A stretch of 32,000 nucleotides of DNA from Pseudoalteromonas translucida KMM 520. Lineage in GTDB: Bacteria > Pseudomonadota > Gammaproteobacteria > Enterobacterales > Alteromonadaceae. The notes beneath the pieces are model-generated. The model saw only the letters and a program-made list of their open reading frames with translations. It had not been told where the DNA came from and did no database searches. Shown piece after piece: positions 17,681-27,051 of this stretch (the stretch's first letter is position 1; every line of letters begins with the position of its first letter). The position numbers and the translations under genes were made by a program. The stretch spans positions 390,001-422,000 of the forward strand of contig NZ_CP011035.1 of assembly GCF_001465295.1 (NCBI RefSeq). The letters are read 5' to 3'.

Positions 17681-20464
17681 ATGCCTTTACTAGCAAGTAA
17701 GCATCGCTACTTTAATATTATTGTGTCGTGTTTATTTGGTATTACCGCTGCTTTTGTAAATACCCTACCAATATTATTTATTAATAGTTCTGAGTTTTTA
17801 TTAGGGCAATTTTTTGTTCTTTTAAGTTTATTATTATTTGGTTGGCGCTATTCGTTAGTTGTGTTTACCTTAAGCACTTTAGGCATATTTTATCGTTGGG
17901 GGCACGCTTGGCCTTCAATCGTTTTTGGTTTAGAAATACTATGGGTGTACTTTTTTTGCCTGCGCTATTCTAGGCCTTTATTTTTTAGAGGAATGCTGTT
18001 TTGGCTTGTAGTAGCAATGCCATTATTGTGGGGGTTTGGGCATTACTTTCTAAATATTAGCTTTTTACCTTTGGTTACTGCGCTTGCTAAATATTGTTTA
18101 AATGCCGCCATATATTTATGCGTAATAGATTTATTTAGTTTCTTTTTTAATCGCCATTCTTGGTCCCGCTATTATGGTTCTTTGTATAAAACCCTCAATT
18201 ATATTGTAACTTTGCTCGTTATTTTAGTGGTAGTGCTTACCTCAATTGTGCTTATTAATAACCATTACTCTAGGGTTGAATACGAAATAAATGCACAACT
18301 AAACGAAAAGTCCCAACAAATAGCGCAAAGCCTAGACTTATATTTAGAAAACCACCGCAAAGCAGTAATACTGACCGCACAAAACATTAGCGTAGGGCAT
18401 AGCCCACAAAGTGCTATTGAGCTTTTGGGCAAGCTATATCCTGGGTTTATAACTGCTATAAGTACCGATGAACTTGCCAACGTAAATTACTTTTACCCCA
18501 CAACGTCAAAAACACAGCAGTTAAAAGGTAAGGCTGTTGCTAATGTTGCCGATCGCGATTACTTTTACCAAGTCATTGACTCTCAAAATGGATTTGTTTC
18601 TGGCGTTTTTAAAGGAAGAGGGTTTGGGCAGCAATCAATAGTGGCAATATCGGCCCCTATTTATAATAACCAGCAGTTTAAGGGGATAGTAGAAGGCTCA
18701 TTATTATTTGAAAACTTTAGTGATTTACAACCTACCTTATTTAAGCGCCAAGCCGACTTAATTATATTAGATAAAAGTAATCGGGTTGTATTTTCGACCT
18801 TGAATGACTTTAAGCAGATGCAAACTCTTAGCAAACAAGATGTAGCTGCGTTACAAAGTCTTAGACAAACAAGCGCATTTACAGCAACGAACGCGCAGCA
18901 ATATTATTCAAAAGACGCTACATCGGCAATAAATCGTTGGCGTACTTTTACATTAATGAATAAAAAATATGCCAATAATGTTGCAGCCCAAGCGTGGGGG
19001 CAATCGCTGGTGTTGATCTTGTTTATAATTGTACTAACCAGTGTTTTTATTACGCAGCTAAGCAAGTGGTTAGTAACGCCTATTATAAAGTTAACCGAGC
19101 AAATAGATAATTTCGAAACCGATAAACAAACAGTAGGATTAGTTTCGCATACTAACACCTGGTACGAGGTTGAAAAGTTACAGCAACAGTTTGTAAGTTT
19201 AGCCCTTAAAATGACTAATAATTTTAATAAGCTACGCACCGCAAATAGTAAAAATGAAGCGTTGAATAATCAGCTTAAAGACTTTAATTTAAAGCTTGAG
19301 CAACAAGTTAAAGATAAAACAGAAGAGCTAATTAAAGCCGTAGGGGTTGCTAATAAAGCAAATAAAACAAAGTCGTTATTTTTGGCCAATATGAGTCACG
19401 AAATTCGCACCCCGCTTAATGGTATTTTGGGCATGACTCAGTTACTAATAAAAAACGCTAAAATTGCCGCCGATGAGCAAGATGAGCTGCAAATGATCCA
19501 ACAAAGTGCTCATAACTTACTGCTTATTTTAAATGAAATACTCGACTTTTCTAAAATAGAAGCTAATGCGTTAAAGTTAGATGTGCAACCAACTGAAATT
19601 AAAAAACTAATACGCCAATTAGCCACCGTTTTTGATAACTCGGGATTAAGTGCTAACGTTACATTTAAGCTAACTATTGCCCCAGAATTACCGCCATTTA
19701 TAGCGTTAGACTCACTACGCTTTTCTCAAGTTATCAACAATATACTAAGCAATGCGGGTAAATTTACTGAGACAGGTTTAATTACTATGGATTGCTTTGT
19801 AGAGGATAATTGTTTATTCATTAAAATTACCGATACTGGCATTGGTATTTCTGCGCTGCAGCAACAAAGTTTATTTATAGAGTTTACACAAGCTGATGTT
19901 TCCACTACCCGAAAATATGGCGGCACTGGGCTTGGGCTAACAATTAGTAAACGATTAATTGAGCTGATGGGTGGCTCGCTTACCCTACGCAGTGAAAAAG
20001 GGGTAGGGAGCTGTTTTAAAATAAAAGTTCCACTCATTCTAAGCCAGGCTCCCGTTAAGGAGATAGCCGACAGTTCAGTTCCCGATTTAGCAGCAAAACG
20101 TATTTTAATAGTAGAAGATAATCCAATTAATCAAATAGTAATTACCAAAATGATGATTGCAACGGGATGCGAGATAAAAACGGCAAGCGATGGCGTTGAA
20201 GCGTTACATTGCTTAGAAAGCTACCCCGCCGATTTGATTTTAATGGATTGCCAAATGCCCAATATGGATGGCTACCAATGCACACAAAAAATACGCCAAA
20301 TGCCAAATGATTGTAAAAACGTATTAATTTTAGCTATTACTGCCAATGCGTTTGCCGAAGATAAAGAAAAATGCTTAAACGCCGGTATGAATGACTTTAT
20401 AGCCAAACCCATCAATAAAAATGAGTTGTATCAGTGTATTAATAACTTATTTAAGCCTAGTTGA
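17681..20464 (+). CDS. Hybrid sensor histidine kinase/response regulator (multi-TM N-terminal module, periplasmic Cache-like domain, coiled coil, HisKA, HATPase_c, REC)
   Basis: 927 aa. Contains DRDYF (Cache-like), H-box SHEIRTPLNGILGM, G-boxes DTGIGI and GGTGLGLTIS, and receiver motifs ILIVEDNPINQ...DCQMPNMDGY...AKP. Confidence 0.92.
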   Translation: MPLLASKHRYFNIIVSCLFGITAAFVNTLPILFINSSEFLLGQFFVLLSLLLFGWRYSLVVFTLSTLGIFYRWGHAWPSIVFGLEILWVYFFCLRYSRPLFFRGMLFWLVVAMPLLWGFGHYFLNISFLPLVTALAKYCLNAAIYLCVIDLFSFFFNRHSWSRYYGSLYKTLNYIVTLLVILVVVLTSIVLINNHYSRVEYEINAQLNEKSQQIAQSLDLYLENHRKAVILTAQNISVGHSPQSAIELLGKLYPGFITAISTDELANVNYFYPTTSKTQQLKGKAVANVADRDYFYQVIDSQNGFVSGVFKGRGFGQQSIVAISAPIYNNQQFKGIVEGSLLFENFSDLQPTLFKRQADLIILDKSNRVVFSTLNDFKQMQTLSKQDVAALQSLRQTSAFTATNAQQYYSKDATSAINRWRTFTLMNKKYANNVAAQAWGQSLVLILFIIVLTSVFITQLSKWLVTPIIKLTEQIDNFETDKQTVGLVSHTNTWYEVEKLQQQFVSLALKMTNNFNKLRTANSKNEALNNQLKDFNLKLEQQVKDKTEELIKAVGVANKANKTKSLFLANMSHEIRTPLNGILGMTQLLIKNAKIAADEQDELQMIQQSAHNLLLILNEILDFSKIEANALKLDVQPTEIKKLIRQLATVFDNSGLSANVTFKLTIAPELPPFIALDSLRFSQVINNILSNAGKFTETGLITMDCFVEDNCLFIKITDTGIGISALQQQSLFIEFTQADVSTTRKYGGTGLGLTISKRLIELMGGSLTLRSEKGVGSCFKIKVPLILSQAPVKEIADSSVPDLAAKRILIVEDNPINQIVITKMMIATGCEIKTASDGVEALHCLESYPADLILMDCQMPNMDGYQCTQKIRQMPNDCKNVLILAITANAFAEDKEKCLNAGMNDFIAKPINKNELYQCINNLFKPS

Positions 20465-20561
20465 ACAATGCTAACAGCGAGCAGAGTAGCTTTGTTTTGG
20501 TGTTCGTATTAGAGTGGGGTTGTTACAAGCAGTTAACACTAAACAGGACAGTGGAGGAAGT

Positions 20562-21116
20562 ATGAGCAAAATGAGTAATGTGGATGCTTTACGCAGTGTG
20601 TTATTAATTATTGATATACAAACGAAACTTGAGCCAGCCATAGCTGACTTTAGCGCTATTTTAAAGTGCTCATTACAGTTATCGCAAGCCAGCCTAGTGC
20701 ACAAAATACCGACCCTTATTACAGAGCAATATAAAAAAGGTTTGGGCGCAACCAATCAAACCTTGGAGGATGCTTTGCCACAAGCTGATTATTTTTATAA
20801 AACCCATTTTAGCGCCTGTGCCGAGCCCGGGTTTTTAGCGCAATTAGCTAAGTATACTCGCCCGCAAATCGTGGTTATTGGTACCGAAGCGCATGTTTGT
20901 GTGCTGCAAACCTGCTTAGATTTATTACAGTACGGCTACGAGGTTATTATTGCAGTTGATGCGATAGGTTCACGCAACGACAACCACAAAATAATTGCCA
21001 CTGAACAACTACGCCAAGCAGGTGCGATAATTTCCAGTACCGAGAGCATTATTTTTCAATGGACCAAACAAGCAGCAACACCTAACTTTAAAAAAATATT
21101 ACCTATTATTAAATAG
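20562..21116 (+). CDS. Isochorismatase-family hydrolase (YcaC/PncA-like)
   Basis: I chose the start at ATG 20562 after a GGAGGA RBS. Contains LLIIDIQ and VVIGTEAHVCVLQT (catalytic Cys). The upstream part of the track ORF lacks an RBS. Confidence 0.85.
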   Translation: MSKMSNVDALRSVLLIIDIQTKLEPAIADFSAILKCSLQLSQASLVHKIPTLITEQYKKGLGATNQTLEDALPQADYFYKTHFSACAEPGFLAQLAKYTRPQIVVIGTEAHVCVLQTCLDLLQYGYEVIIAVDAIGSRNDNHKIIATEQLRQAGAIISSTESIIFQWTKQAATPNFKKILPIIK

Positions 21117-21330
21117 CCTGCTCTGTTTGAACATAAACTTATTAGCTTGGGTAAATAATAATTCAATTAGGTCAATATATTTAAACAAAGTAATTAACTT
21201 GTTTGCTTTATTAAAGAAAGTATAATATTGCAGCGGTTTTTTGCTTATTTAGTGGAAACCGATGAACTTTTTTAAACTTTAATACGTATTACATCGCTTA
21301 ATTTTATTAAAAACTTAATTTAAGGCTACT

Positions 21331-22797
21331 ATGTCTAGTGTTGCGCGTTTATTTACGGTTATTTTTAGCCTTTTATTTATAGAATCAATAGGTGTTGGTT
21401 TATATTTTGGCACATTGAGCGAGGCCTTTATTGTTGGCTTACCGCTTTGCTTATTACCAATTTGGCTATTAAAAACCCAACCTAATAGTGCTTTAACGCC
21501 CCACGTAGTCGCTGCAGCCATTATGATGTTTTCTTTTTTACATATTCAACAAACCTATGGTTTGATTGAAGTGCATTTTGAAATATTTATTTTAATGGCA
21601 ATGTTAATTATGTTTGTACAATGGCGTGTTTTTATAACGGCTATTGTATTTGTTGCTGTGCATCATTTATCGTTTTATTACTTACAAACTCAAAACACAG
21701 GCTTTTACGTGTTTGATCCAGATAGGCTTGCCTTTACAACAGTGCTAATACACGCAGGTTATGCCATTGTTGAAGTGTTTGTTGCCGGTTACATTGCTAA
21801 AACCTTGCAACGCGAACGTAGTGCCGGGCTATCGCTAAGCTCAGCGACAGAGCAAATAATGCAAGACCCCAATCATATTAAACTTTCTTTACGTGCTGAT
21901 GATAAAAAAAGCCAAGCAGTAGCTGGGTTTAATACTTTATTAGAGTATTTGTCAGATGTAATTAAACAAGTAAAAACTCAATCAGAGTCATTAAAGGTAA
22001 GCTCACAAGAGCTGATCCAAGTGCACGACGAGTTAACTGAAGGTGCAGATCAGCGCATCCAACAAACCGACGATATTGCAAGTTCTGGTGCGCAAGTTGC
22101 TCATGGTTTTAAACTTGTTGAGCAAGAAAGTGAAGTATTAAAGCACCAAGTAGATAATATTACTCAAGCAGCAACCAAGGCCTTGCAAGAAGTGTCACAA
22201 ACAGACAGTAAAAGTAGAGAGCTATTAACACTACTTAATCATACTGAAGAGCAAATAAATCATCTTGTTGGTGCAGGCGATGTAATATCGGGTTTACTTA
22301 ATGAAATATCGGGGATAGCAGATCAAACTAACTTACTGGCTTTAAATGCCGCAATTGAAGCCGCTAGAGCCGGAGAGCATGGCCGTGGCTTTGCTGTTGT
22401 AGCATCTGAAGTGCGCTCACTTGCCACTAATAGCCAAGCAACTACGGCTAAAATAGCCGCTACGTTAAAAGACTTGGTCAGCAATAGCCGCACATCGACT
22501 CAGTCTATGAGTCAATGTGTTGATTTTGTAGTCGACTTAACAAAAATAAGCACCACGATGAAAGAAAATATTTCATCTATGAGTGAACAAATAAAAGCAG
22601 TATCAAGCAGTACTAGTTCAGTGGCTCAGGTAGTTGCCGAACAAGCGGGAAATACGGCGCAAATAGCACTAAGCACAGACAACATGCGCCAAAATCAATA
22701 TCAAGACACAAAAATAGTTAAGCAGTTAACCGCTAAAGTACAGTTAATTGACGTAAGTATTGATGTATTAGAGCAAAGTATTGCAAAATTTAAGTAA
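21331..22797 (+). CDS. Methyl-accepting chemotaxis protein with an N-terminal 6-TM His-rich membrane module instead of a periplasmic ligand-binding domain
   Basis: Signalling hairpin [36 protein letters not shown]. Residues 1-160 form six hydrophobic helices carrying H58, H71, H82, H111, H112 and H141. Confidence 0.92.
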   Translation: MSSVARLFTVIFSLLFIESIGVGLYFGTLSEAFIVGLPLCLLPIWLLKTQPNSALTPHVVAAAIMMFSFLHIQQTYGLIEVHFEIFILMAMLIMFVQWRVFITAIVFVAVHHLSFYYLQTQNTGFYVFDPDRLAFTTVLIHAGYAIVEVFVAGYIAKTLQRERSAGLSLSSATEQIMQDPNHIKLSLRADDKKSQAVAGFNTLLEYLSDVIKQVKTQSESLKVSSQELIQVHDELTEGADQRIQQTDDIASSGAQVAHGFKLVEQESEVLKHQVDNITQAATKALQEVSQTDSKSRELLTLLNHTEEQINHLVGAGDVISGLLNEISGIADQTNLLALNAAIEAARAGEHGRGFAVVASEVRSLATNSQATTAKIAATLKDLVSNSRTSTQSMSQCVDFVVDLTKISTTMKENISSMSEQIKAVSSSTSSVAQVVAEQAGNTAQIALSTDNMRQNQYQDTKIVKQLTAKVQLIDVSIDVLEQSIAKFK

Positions 22798-23302
22798 GTC
22801 GAATTACTTTATTCTAGGGGTTGTTGCCGCGTGGTTTACACTGGTTGTGACTGGGCTGGTGTACTTTCAGCTTGGGCAACTAAAACCGTTTGATGAATCG
22901 CAAATGCTAAAACAACAAAATTGGTTTGAGCAATTTAAACAACAGTTAGTGGTTAGTAATAACGAGGCATCACTCGTTATTATTACTGAGCAAAATTGCG
23001 GTTGTACTAAGCAAGCGCAAGCGCACATTACAAGGTTGCAAGCATTTGCAAAAAGTAAAGGGCTTGTGGTACAAGAGTTGCAGCTTACACAACAACTTAA
23101 GCAAGCCATTCCTGCAACCCCTGCTGCTGTAATTATTGATAAAAATGGTGACTTTGTTTATGCCGGACCGTTATCCGAAGGGCTAGCATGCTCGCAAGGA
23201 AGCGGTTTTGTAGAAACCGTTATTAGTAACTTAACAGCTGGGTTTAATTCACAGTTATTAATTGCTGACACCAAAGGCTGCTATTGCGTTACGAGTACAT
23301 AG
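22781..23302 (+). CDS. Membrane-anchored thioredoxin-fold-like protein with a CGC motif (possibly DUF6436)
   Basis: 173 aa with an N-terminal TM helix ([21 protein letters not shown]), [34 protein letters not shown] (cis-Pro-loop-like) and a C-terminal GCYC. The putative TTG start overlaps the MCP stop by 17 nt, so the start is uncertain. Confidence 0.6.
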   Translation: MQNLSKSNYFILGVVAAWFTLVVTGLVYFQLGQLKPFDESQMLKQQNWFEQFKQQLVVSNNEASLVIITEQNCGCTKQAQAHITRLQAFAKSKGLVVQELQLTQQLKQAIPATPAAVIIDKNGDFVYAGPLSEGLACSQGSGFVETVISNLTAGFNSQLLIADTKGCYCVTST

Positions 23303-23334
23303 CACAAGCGTGTATTTATATAAAACAATCAATT

Positions 23335-23353
23335 GCAAATGAGAGTGGTTAGC
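23335..23353. promoter_or_regulatory. Putative Fur box upstream of the TonB-dependent receptor
   Basis: GCAAATGAGAGTGGTTAGC matches GATAATGATAATCATTATC at 12 of 19 positions. It lies 40 bp upstream of the ATG. Confidence 0.4.
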
Positions 23354-23392
23354 ATTAACATGCGTGCACTGTATTATTGTTAGTTATCTCTC

Positions 23393-25570
23393 ATGAAATT
23401 TACTCTTTTATCTATCGCAATCTCATCAATTATATTTAATTCTGCCAGTGTATTTGCCGCCGAAGATGCTGAACAGTTAAAAACAGCACCGCCCTCAACA
23501 GTACCGCTTAATAGCGCAACGCCTCAGAATAATATTGAAAAAATAGAAGTAGTAGGTCGTGCTTTTTCGTTATATAGGCCAACCGAATCAGCATTTGGTA
23601 CCCGTACAGATACCCCCTTGGAAAAAATACCTCAATCGATTCAAATATTACCGCAAGCGTTAATTAGTGACCAAGCAGCACGTCAAATTACTGATTTATA
23701 CAGTAATATTGCAGGCGTTAATGGCTTTAGCTATTCGGGCGTAACATTTAGAGGTTTTCGTCAAGACGAAATTTTATACGATGGTGTAAAAGGTGACCCT
23801 TTTAATGGTTTTGCTGTACCGCAGTTATTTAATATTGAGCAAGTAGCTGTGCTTAAAGGCCCAAGTGGCGCGGTTTATGGTAGTGGTAATCCAGGTGGCA
23901 TTATTAACTACATGACTAAAAAACCACAATATATTGCTAAAACTACAGTGGAGCTAGAGCTTGGCAACGATGACTTTGTCAGTGGTGCTTTTGAATCTAC
24001 GGGCAGTGTAAACAACGAGCAAACACAAGCCTACAGAGTGGGTGTGTATAAAGAAAGCCAAAACCCGTTTAGATATAACACCGGCGAAGACAACACCATT
24101 ATCGATTTAGGTTATCGTTTTGACTTTGATAATGCGTCAAATTTAGTGCTGCAATACACTAATATAGATCAAGACTTAGCAGGTGCCCGTTTACGTGGCG
24201 TACCTGTAGATGACAACGGCGACTTTATTGCTAATCGTGAGTGGAACCATAACGAAGCAAGCGATTATCAAAAAGTGTCGGCTGATGTATATCAGGCAAC
24301 CTATAAAAATGAGTTAAATGATATATTTAGTACAGATGTAACAGCGCGTTACTTTACTAATACCGAAGAGCAAAACTATCATGAGCCGCGCGGCTTGTTA
24401 GATACCGATAATGACGGTGTAGTTGATTGGAGCGAACGTGAATTTAGAGATCAAGCGCGTGAAAACCAAGGCTTGAGTTTAACTGCTAATTTAATAGTAC
24501 AAACAACGATTGCGAATATGGAGCATGTGTTTTTAGTGGGCACAGATTATTATGCTGCTAAATTTGATGCCATATACCGTACCGCCAAACAAGTAAGTAA
24601 AGGCGGGCCAGTGCCTGGACTATCGTTAATCAATCCGCAATATGGTTTAACATCGGGCGCCGATTACGACTTACAAAGTATAACCCCACGATTTGTTAGC
24701 ACTGAATCTAAAAGGCTCGGGGTTTATGTGCAAGATCAAGTAGATATTACCGAAAAGTGGAATATAACAGCAGGGCTACGTTACGATCACTTTGAAGATA
24801 CTGATCAAATCAGCAATACTGAGTTTTCAGATAGTGATGTTACGGTGCGTATTGGAACCAGTTATAATATTAACGATACATTTTTTCCATATGCGCTTTA
24901 TGGTACGGGCTTTTTACCGCAAGATGCGGCAAGCCAATCTGAGTTAGTTGGTGGGCCATTCTCCCCAGAAAATAGCTATATTACAGAGTTAGGTTTGCGC
25001 ACTAAATTATTTGGTGACTCCTTGGCGATTAATATTGCGACCTATCAAATTGTGCGTAAAAATATTTTGCAAACAAGCTTGCTACAAAATGATTCGGGGA
25101 TTGACCAGCTAGAGTCATTAGGTGAAGTGCAAAGCGATGGCTTTGAACTTGAAGTTGTTGGCGACATAACCGACAGCTGGGTAGTAACGGCCAGTTACGC
25201 GTATAACGATACCCGTATAAACGAGCAAAGCGAAGGCTTTTCAGCGCAAGCTGCTGGTTCTGATAAGTTTGCCAATGCACCACAAAATACTGCCGGAGTA
25301 TGGACTCGTTATGATCTACCTAGCATTAACTCATCAATAGCTGCTGGCCTTGATTATGTTGATCAGCAAGTAAGTTTAGATGGCACCCATGTAAAGCCCT
25401 ATACCATTTATAATATGGCCTGGAAAACCCAGTTAGAAAACTGGACGTGGCAAGTATCAATTAAAAATGTGTTTGATAAAGAGTACGCATCAAGCGGCTT
25501 TATTAATCGCACTGGGCATTTTCCGGGTGAGCCAAGACGTGTTTACTTATCTGCTAAATATCAGTTTTAA
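23393..25570 (+). CDS. TonB-dependent siderophore receptor
   Basis: 725 aa. Has a signal peptide, plug motifs (IEVVGR..., VAVLKGPSGAVYGSGNPGGIINYMTKKP) and a C-terminal ...YLSAKYQF. Confidence 0.93.
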   Translation: MKFTLLSIAISSIIFNSASVFAAEDAEQLKTAPPSTVPLNSATPQNNIEKIEVVGRAFSLYRPTESAFGTRTDTPLEKIPQSIQILPQALISDQAARQITDLYSNIAGVNGFSYSGVTFRGFRQDEILYDGVKGDPFNGFAVPQLFNIEQVAVLKGPSGAVYGSGNPGGIINYMTKKPQYIAKTTVELELGNDDFVSGAFESTGSVNNEQTQAYRVGVYKESQNPFRYNTGEDNTIIDLGYRFDFDNASNLVLQYTNIDQDLAGARLRGVPVDDNGDFIANREWNHNEASDYQKVSADVYQATYKNELNDIFSTDVTARYFTNTEEQNYHEPRGLLDTDNDGVVDWSEREFRDQARENQGLSLTANLIVQTTIANMEHVFLVGTDYYAAKFDAIYRTAKQVSKGGPVPGLSLINPQYGLTSGADYDLQSITPRFVSTESKRLGVYVQDQVDITEKWNITAGLRYDHFEDTDQISNTEFSDSDVTVRIGTSYNINDTFFPYALYGTGFLPQDAASQSELVGGPFSPENSYITELGLRTKLFGDSLAINIATYQIVRKNILQTSLLQNDSGIDQLESLGEVQSDGFELEVVGDITDSWVVTASYAYNDTRINEQSEGFSAQAAGSDKFANAPQNTAGVWTRYDLPSINSSIAAGLDYVDQQVSLDGTHVKPYTIYNMAWKTQLENWTWQVSIKNVFDKEYASSGFINRTGHFPGEPRRVYLSAKYQF

Positions 25571-25591
25571 TACCTAAGCTGATGTAAAATT

Positions 25592-25629
25592 AAAAGCCCC
25601 CGCTTATGGATAATGAGCGGGGGACTTTT
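25592..25629. terminator. Bidirectional rho-independent terminator between the receptor (+) and the UPF0016 gene (-)
   Basis: AAAAG-CCCCCGCT-(loop)-AGCGGGGG-aCTTTT, a GC-rich 8-bp core flanked by an A-tract and a T-tract. Confidence 0.8.
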
Positions 25630-25648
25630 AATAATAAAGGTGTTGAGC

Positions 25649-26206
25649 CTAAATAGTTGTTAAGCCATATAGCCCTAACAGCACAAAAACACTGGCTGCA
25701 ATTATTCGCACTTTATTTAAAGGAATACGTTTTAGTAGCGCATTACCTGCATAAATAATCGGTACGTTGGCAATTAACATACCCACAGTTGTACCAATAG
25801 TAACCCACAACACCGATTGATATTGTGCGCCAAGTAGCACAGTGGCTATTTGTGTTTTATCGCCAATTTCAGCAATAAAAAACAATACAAAAGCGACTAA
25901 AAATGCGCCATAGCGATCGTATTTATGGCTCACGGCTTCATCTTTATCAGGAATAAGCAGCCAAAGGCCAACCACAATAAAACTAATATTCACAACCCAA
26001 GGTAGGTACTCAATAGCAAAATTACCACTAAGCCAATCTCCTAACCAAGCAGATAAGCCATGATTAATAATAGTTGCGACTAATACACCTAAAATAAGTG
26101 CAATTTTATTATGAAAGCGAGCGGCGAGCAGTAACGATAAAAGCTGAGTTTTATCGCCTATTTCGGCAAGGGCAACAGTGACGGTTGAAGTTAAAAATAT
26201 TTCCAT
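25649..26206 (-). CDS. UPF0016 (GDT1/TMEM165/MneA-like) family putative Mn2+ exporter
   Basis: 185 aa. The duplicated signature E-x-G-D-K-T (AEIGDKTQ) occurs twice, at residues 14-21 and 101-108, and there are six TM helices. Confidence 0.9.
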   Translation of the reverse strand: MEIFLTSTVTVALAEIGDKTQLLSLLLAARFHNKIALILGVLVATIINHGLSAWLGDWLSGNFAIEYLPWVVNISFIVVGLWLLIPDKDEAVSHKYDRYGAFLVAFVLFFIAEIGDKTQIATVLLGAQYQSVLWVTIGTTVGMLIANVPIIYAGNALLKRIPLNKVRIIAASVFVLLGLYGLTTI

Positions 26207-26466
26207 TACAACTACTTACAGGCGGGAGTACTAAACCAAGGAAAATAGCTATCTCCCGCCTTGAGGATAGTTATTTTCCTAAGTCTCGCCGATAATGCTT
26301 GCTACAACATTACAAACTTACCATGCACGTGAGGTGCAATTATGTTGATAAGTTTACTTGCGACACCAACAATATTAAAGCGCGGTTATTATAGCGATTT
26401 ACAACGCTATAATTACTCACTTTTTTAATACGATTGATATTACTAAGCGGGCTACTCCCCTAAGAG
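26207..26466 (-). ncRNA. Probable yybP-ykoY (manganese) riboswitch in the 5' leader of the UPF0016 gene; aptamer about 26278-26466, expression platform 26207-26277
   Basis: The minus strand reads CUUAGGGGAGUAGCCCGC...UAGCAAG...GGCGAGACUUAGG. GGGGAGUAGC is the hallmark 5' motif, the 3' GAGAC plus UUAGG can close P1 with CUUAG, and there is an internal stem UUAUAGCG/CGCUAUAA. Two mutually exclusive hairpins follow (GGAAAAUAACUAUC/GAUAGCUAUUUUCC and GGCGGGAG/CUCCCGCC). The gene context (Mn exporter family) fits. Confidence 0.6.
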
Positions 26467-26712
26467 ACGCGCATTATTCCACAAACTTTTTAGATAGTAA
26501 ATATTGAACCATAGATTAAGCGCCACAAGTCATTAAAACGAATAGCTTAGGCGTATAGGTGCTCTGTGGTTATTTTAAAAAATTGAATCTTTGAGTCTCA
26601 ACACGTCCATAATTCTGAAGCATGCACTTTCTTAAACAGCCGCTAATTTTTAACTGTGTAGCACTGTTTAAAATAAGATCAAAAAAGAACATATAACTGC
26701 AAAAAAGTGTTT

Positions 26713-26731
26713 GATAACCATTACCATTTAG
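26713..26731. promoter_or_regulatory. Putative Fur box upstream of bfd
   Basis: GATAACCATTACCATTTAG matches the Fur consensus at 12 of 19 positions. It lies 45 bp upstream of the bfd ATG, and bfd is classically Fur-repressed. Confidence 0.45.
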
Positions 26732-26775
26732 ATTAGTATGCACCTACTAAATGTAATTGAGAGTGGTTTGTATTC

Positions 26776-26970
26776 ATGTATATTTGTCTATGTCACGGTG
26801 TGACCGATAAAAAAATTGAACAAACAATTGACGATGGTGCAACAACCATGCGTGAGTTAACTAAAGAGCTTAAAGTGGGCAGCCAATGCGGTAAGTGTTG
26901 TGGTTGTACTAAAAAGATCCTTAATCGTAAGCTTATTCAAATTGCCGATATAACGGATCAGGTTGCTTAA
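26776..26970 (+). CDS. bfd: Bacterioferritin-associated ferredoxin ([2Fe-2S])
   Basis: 64 aa. MYICLCHGVTDKKI...GSQCGKCCG carries the four Cys in the Bfd pattern, as in E. coli Bfd (MYVCLCNGISDKKI...GNQCGKC). Confidence 0.9.
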   Translation: MYICLCHGVTDKKIEQTIDDGATTMRELTKELKVGSQCGKCCGCTKKILNRKLIQIADITDQVA

Positions 26971-27005
26971 TTTGGTTAAAAAATTACATTACAAAATTTA
27001 GATAT

Positions 27006-27034
27006 AAAAAAAGCAGCTTTAAGCTGCTTTTTTT
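27006..27034. terminator. Bidirectional rho-independent terminator shared by the convergent bfd and bfr genes
   Basis: AAAAAAAGCAGCT-tta-AGCTGCTTTTTTT, a perfect palindrome with an A-tract and a T-tract. Confidence 0.85.
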
Positions 27035-27051
27035 ATATGTGTTAATTGCTA

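Noticed and set aside
23340-26768. An identical 11-mer TGAGAGTGGTT in the promoters of the receptor (23340-23350) and bfd (26758-26768), considered as a shared novel operator
   Set aside because: In 32 kb, dozens of 11-mer coincidences are expected by chance. Both copies are better explained as degenerate Fur half-sites (AATGAGAnT-like), and their distances to the start codons differ (43 vs 8 bp).
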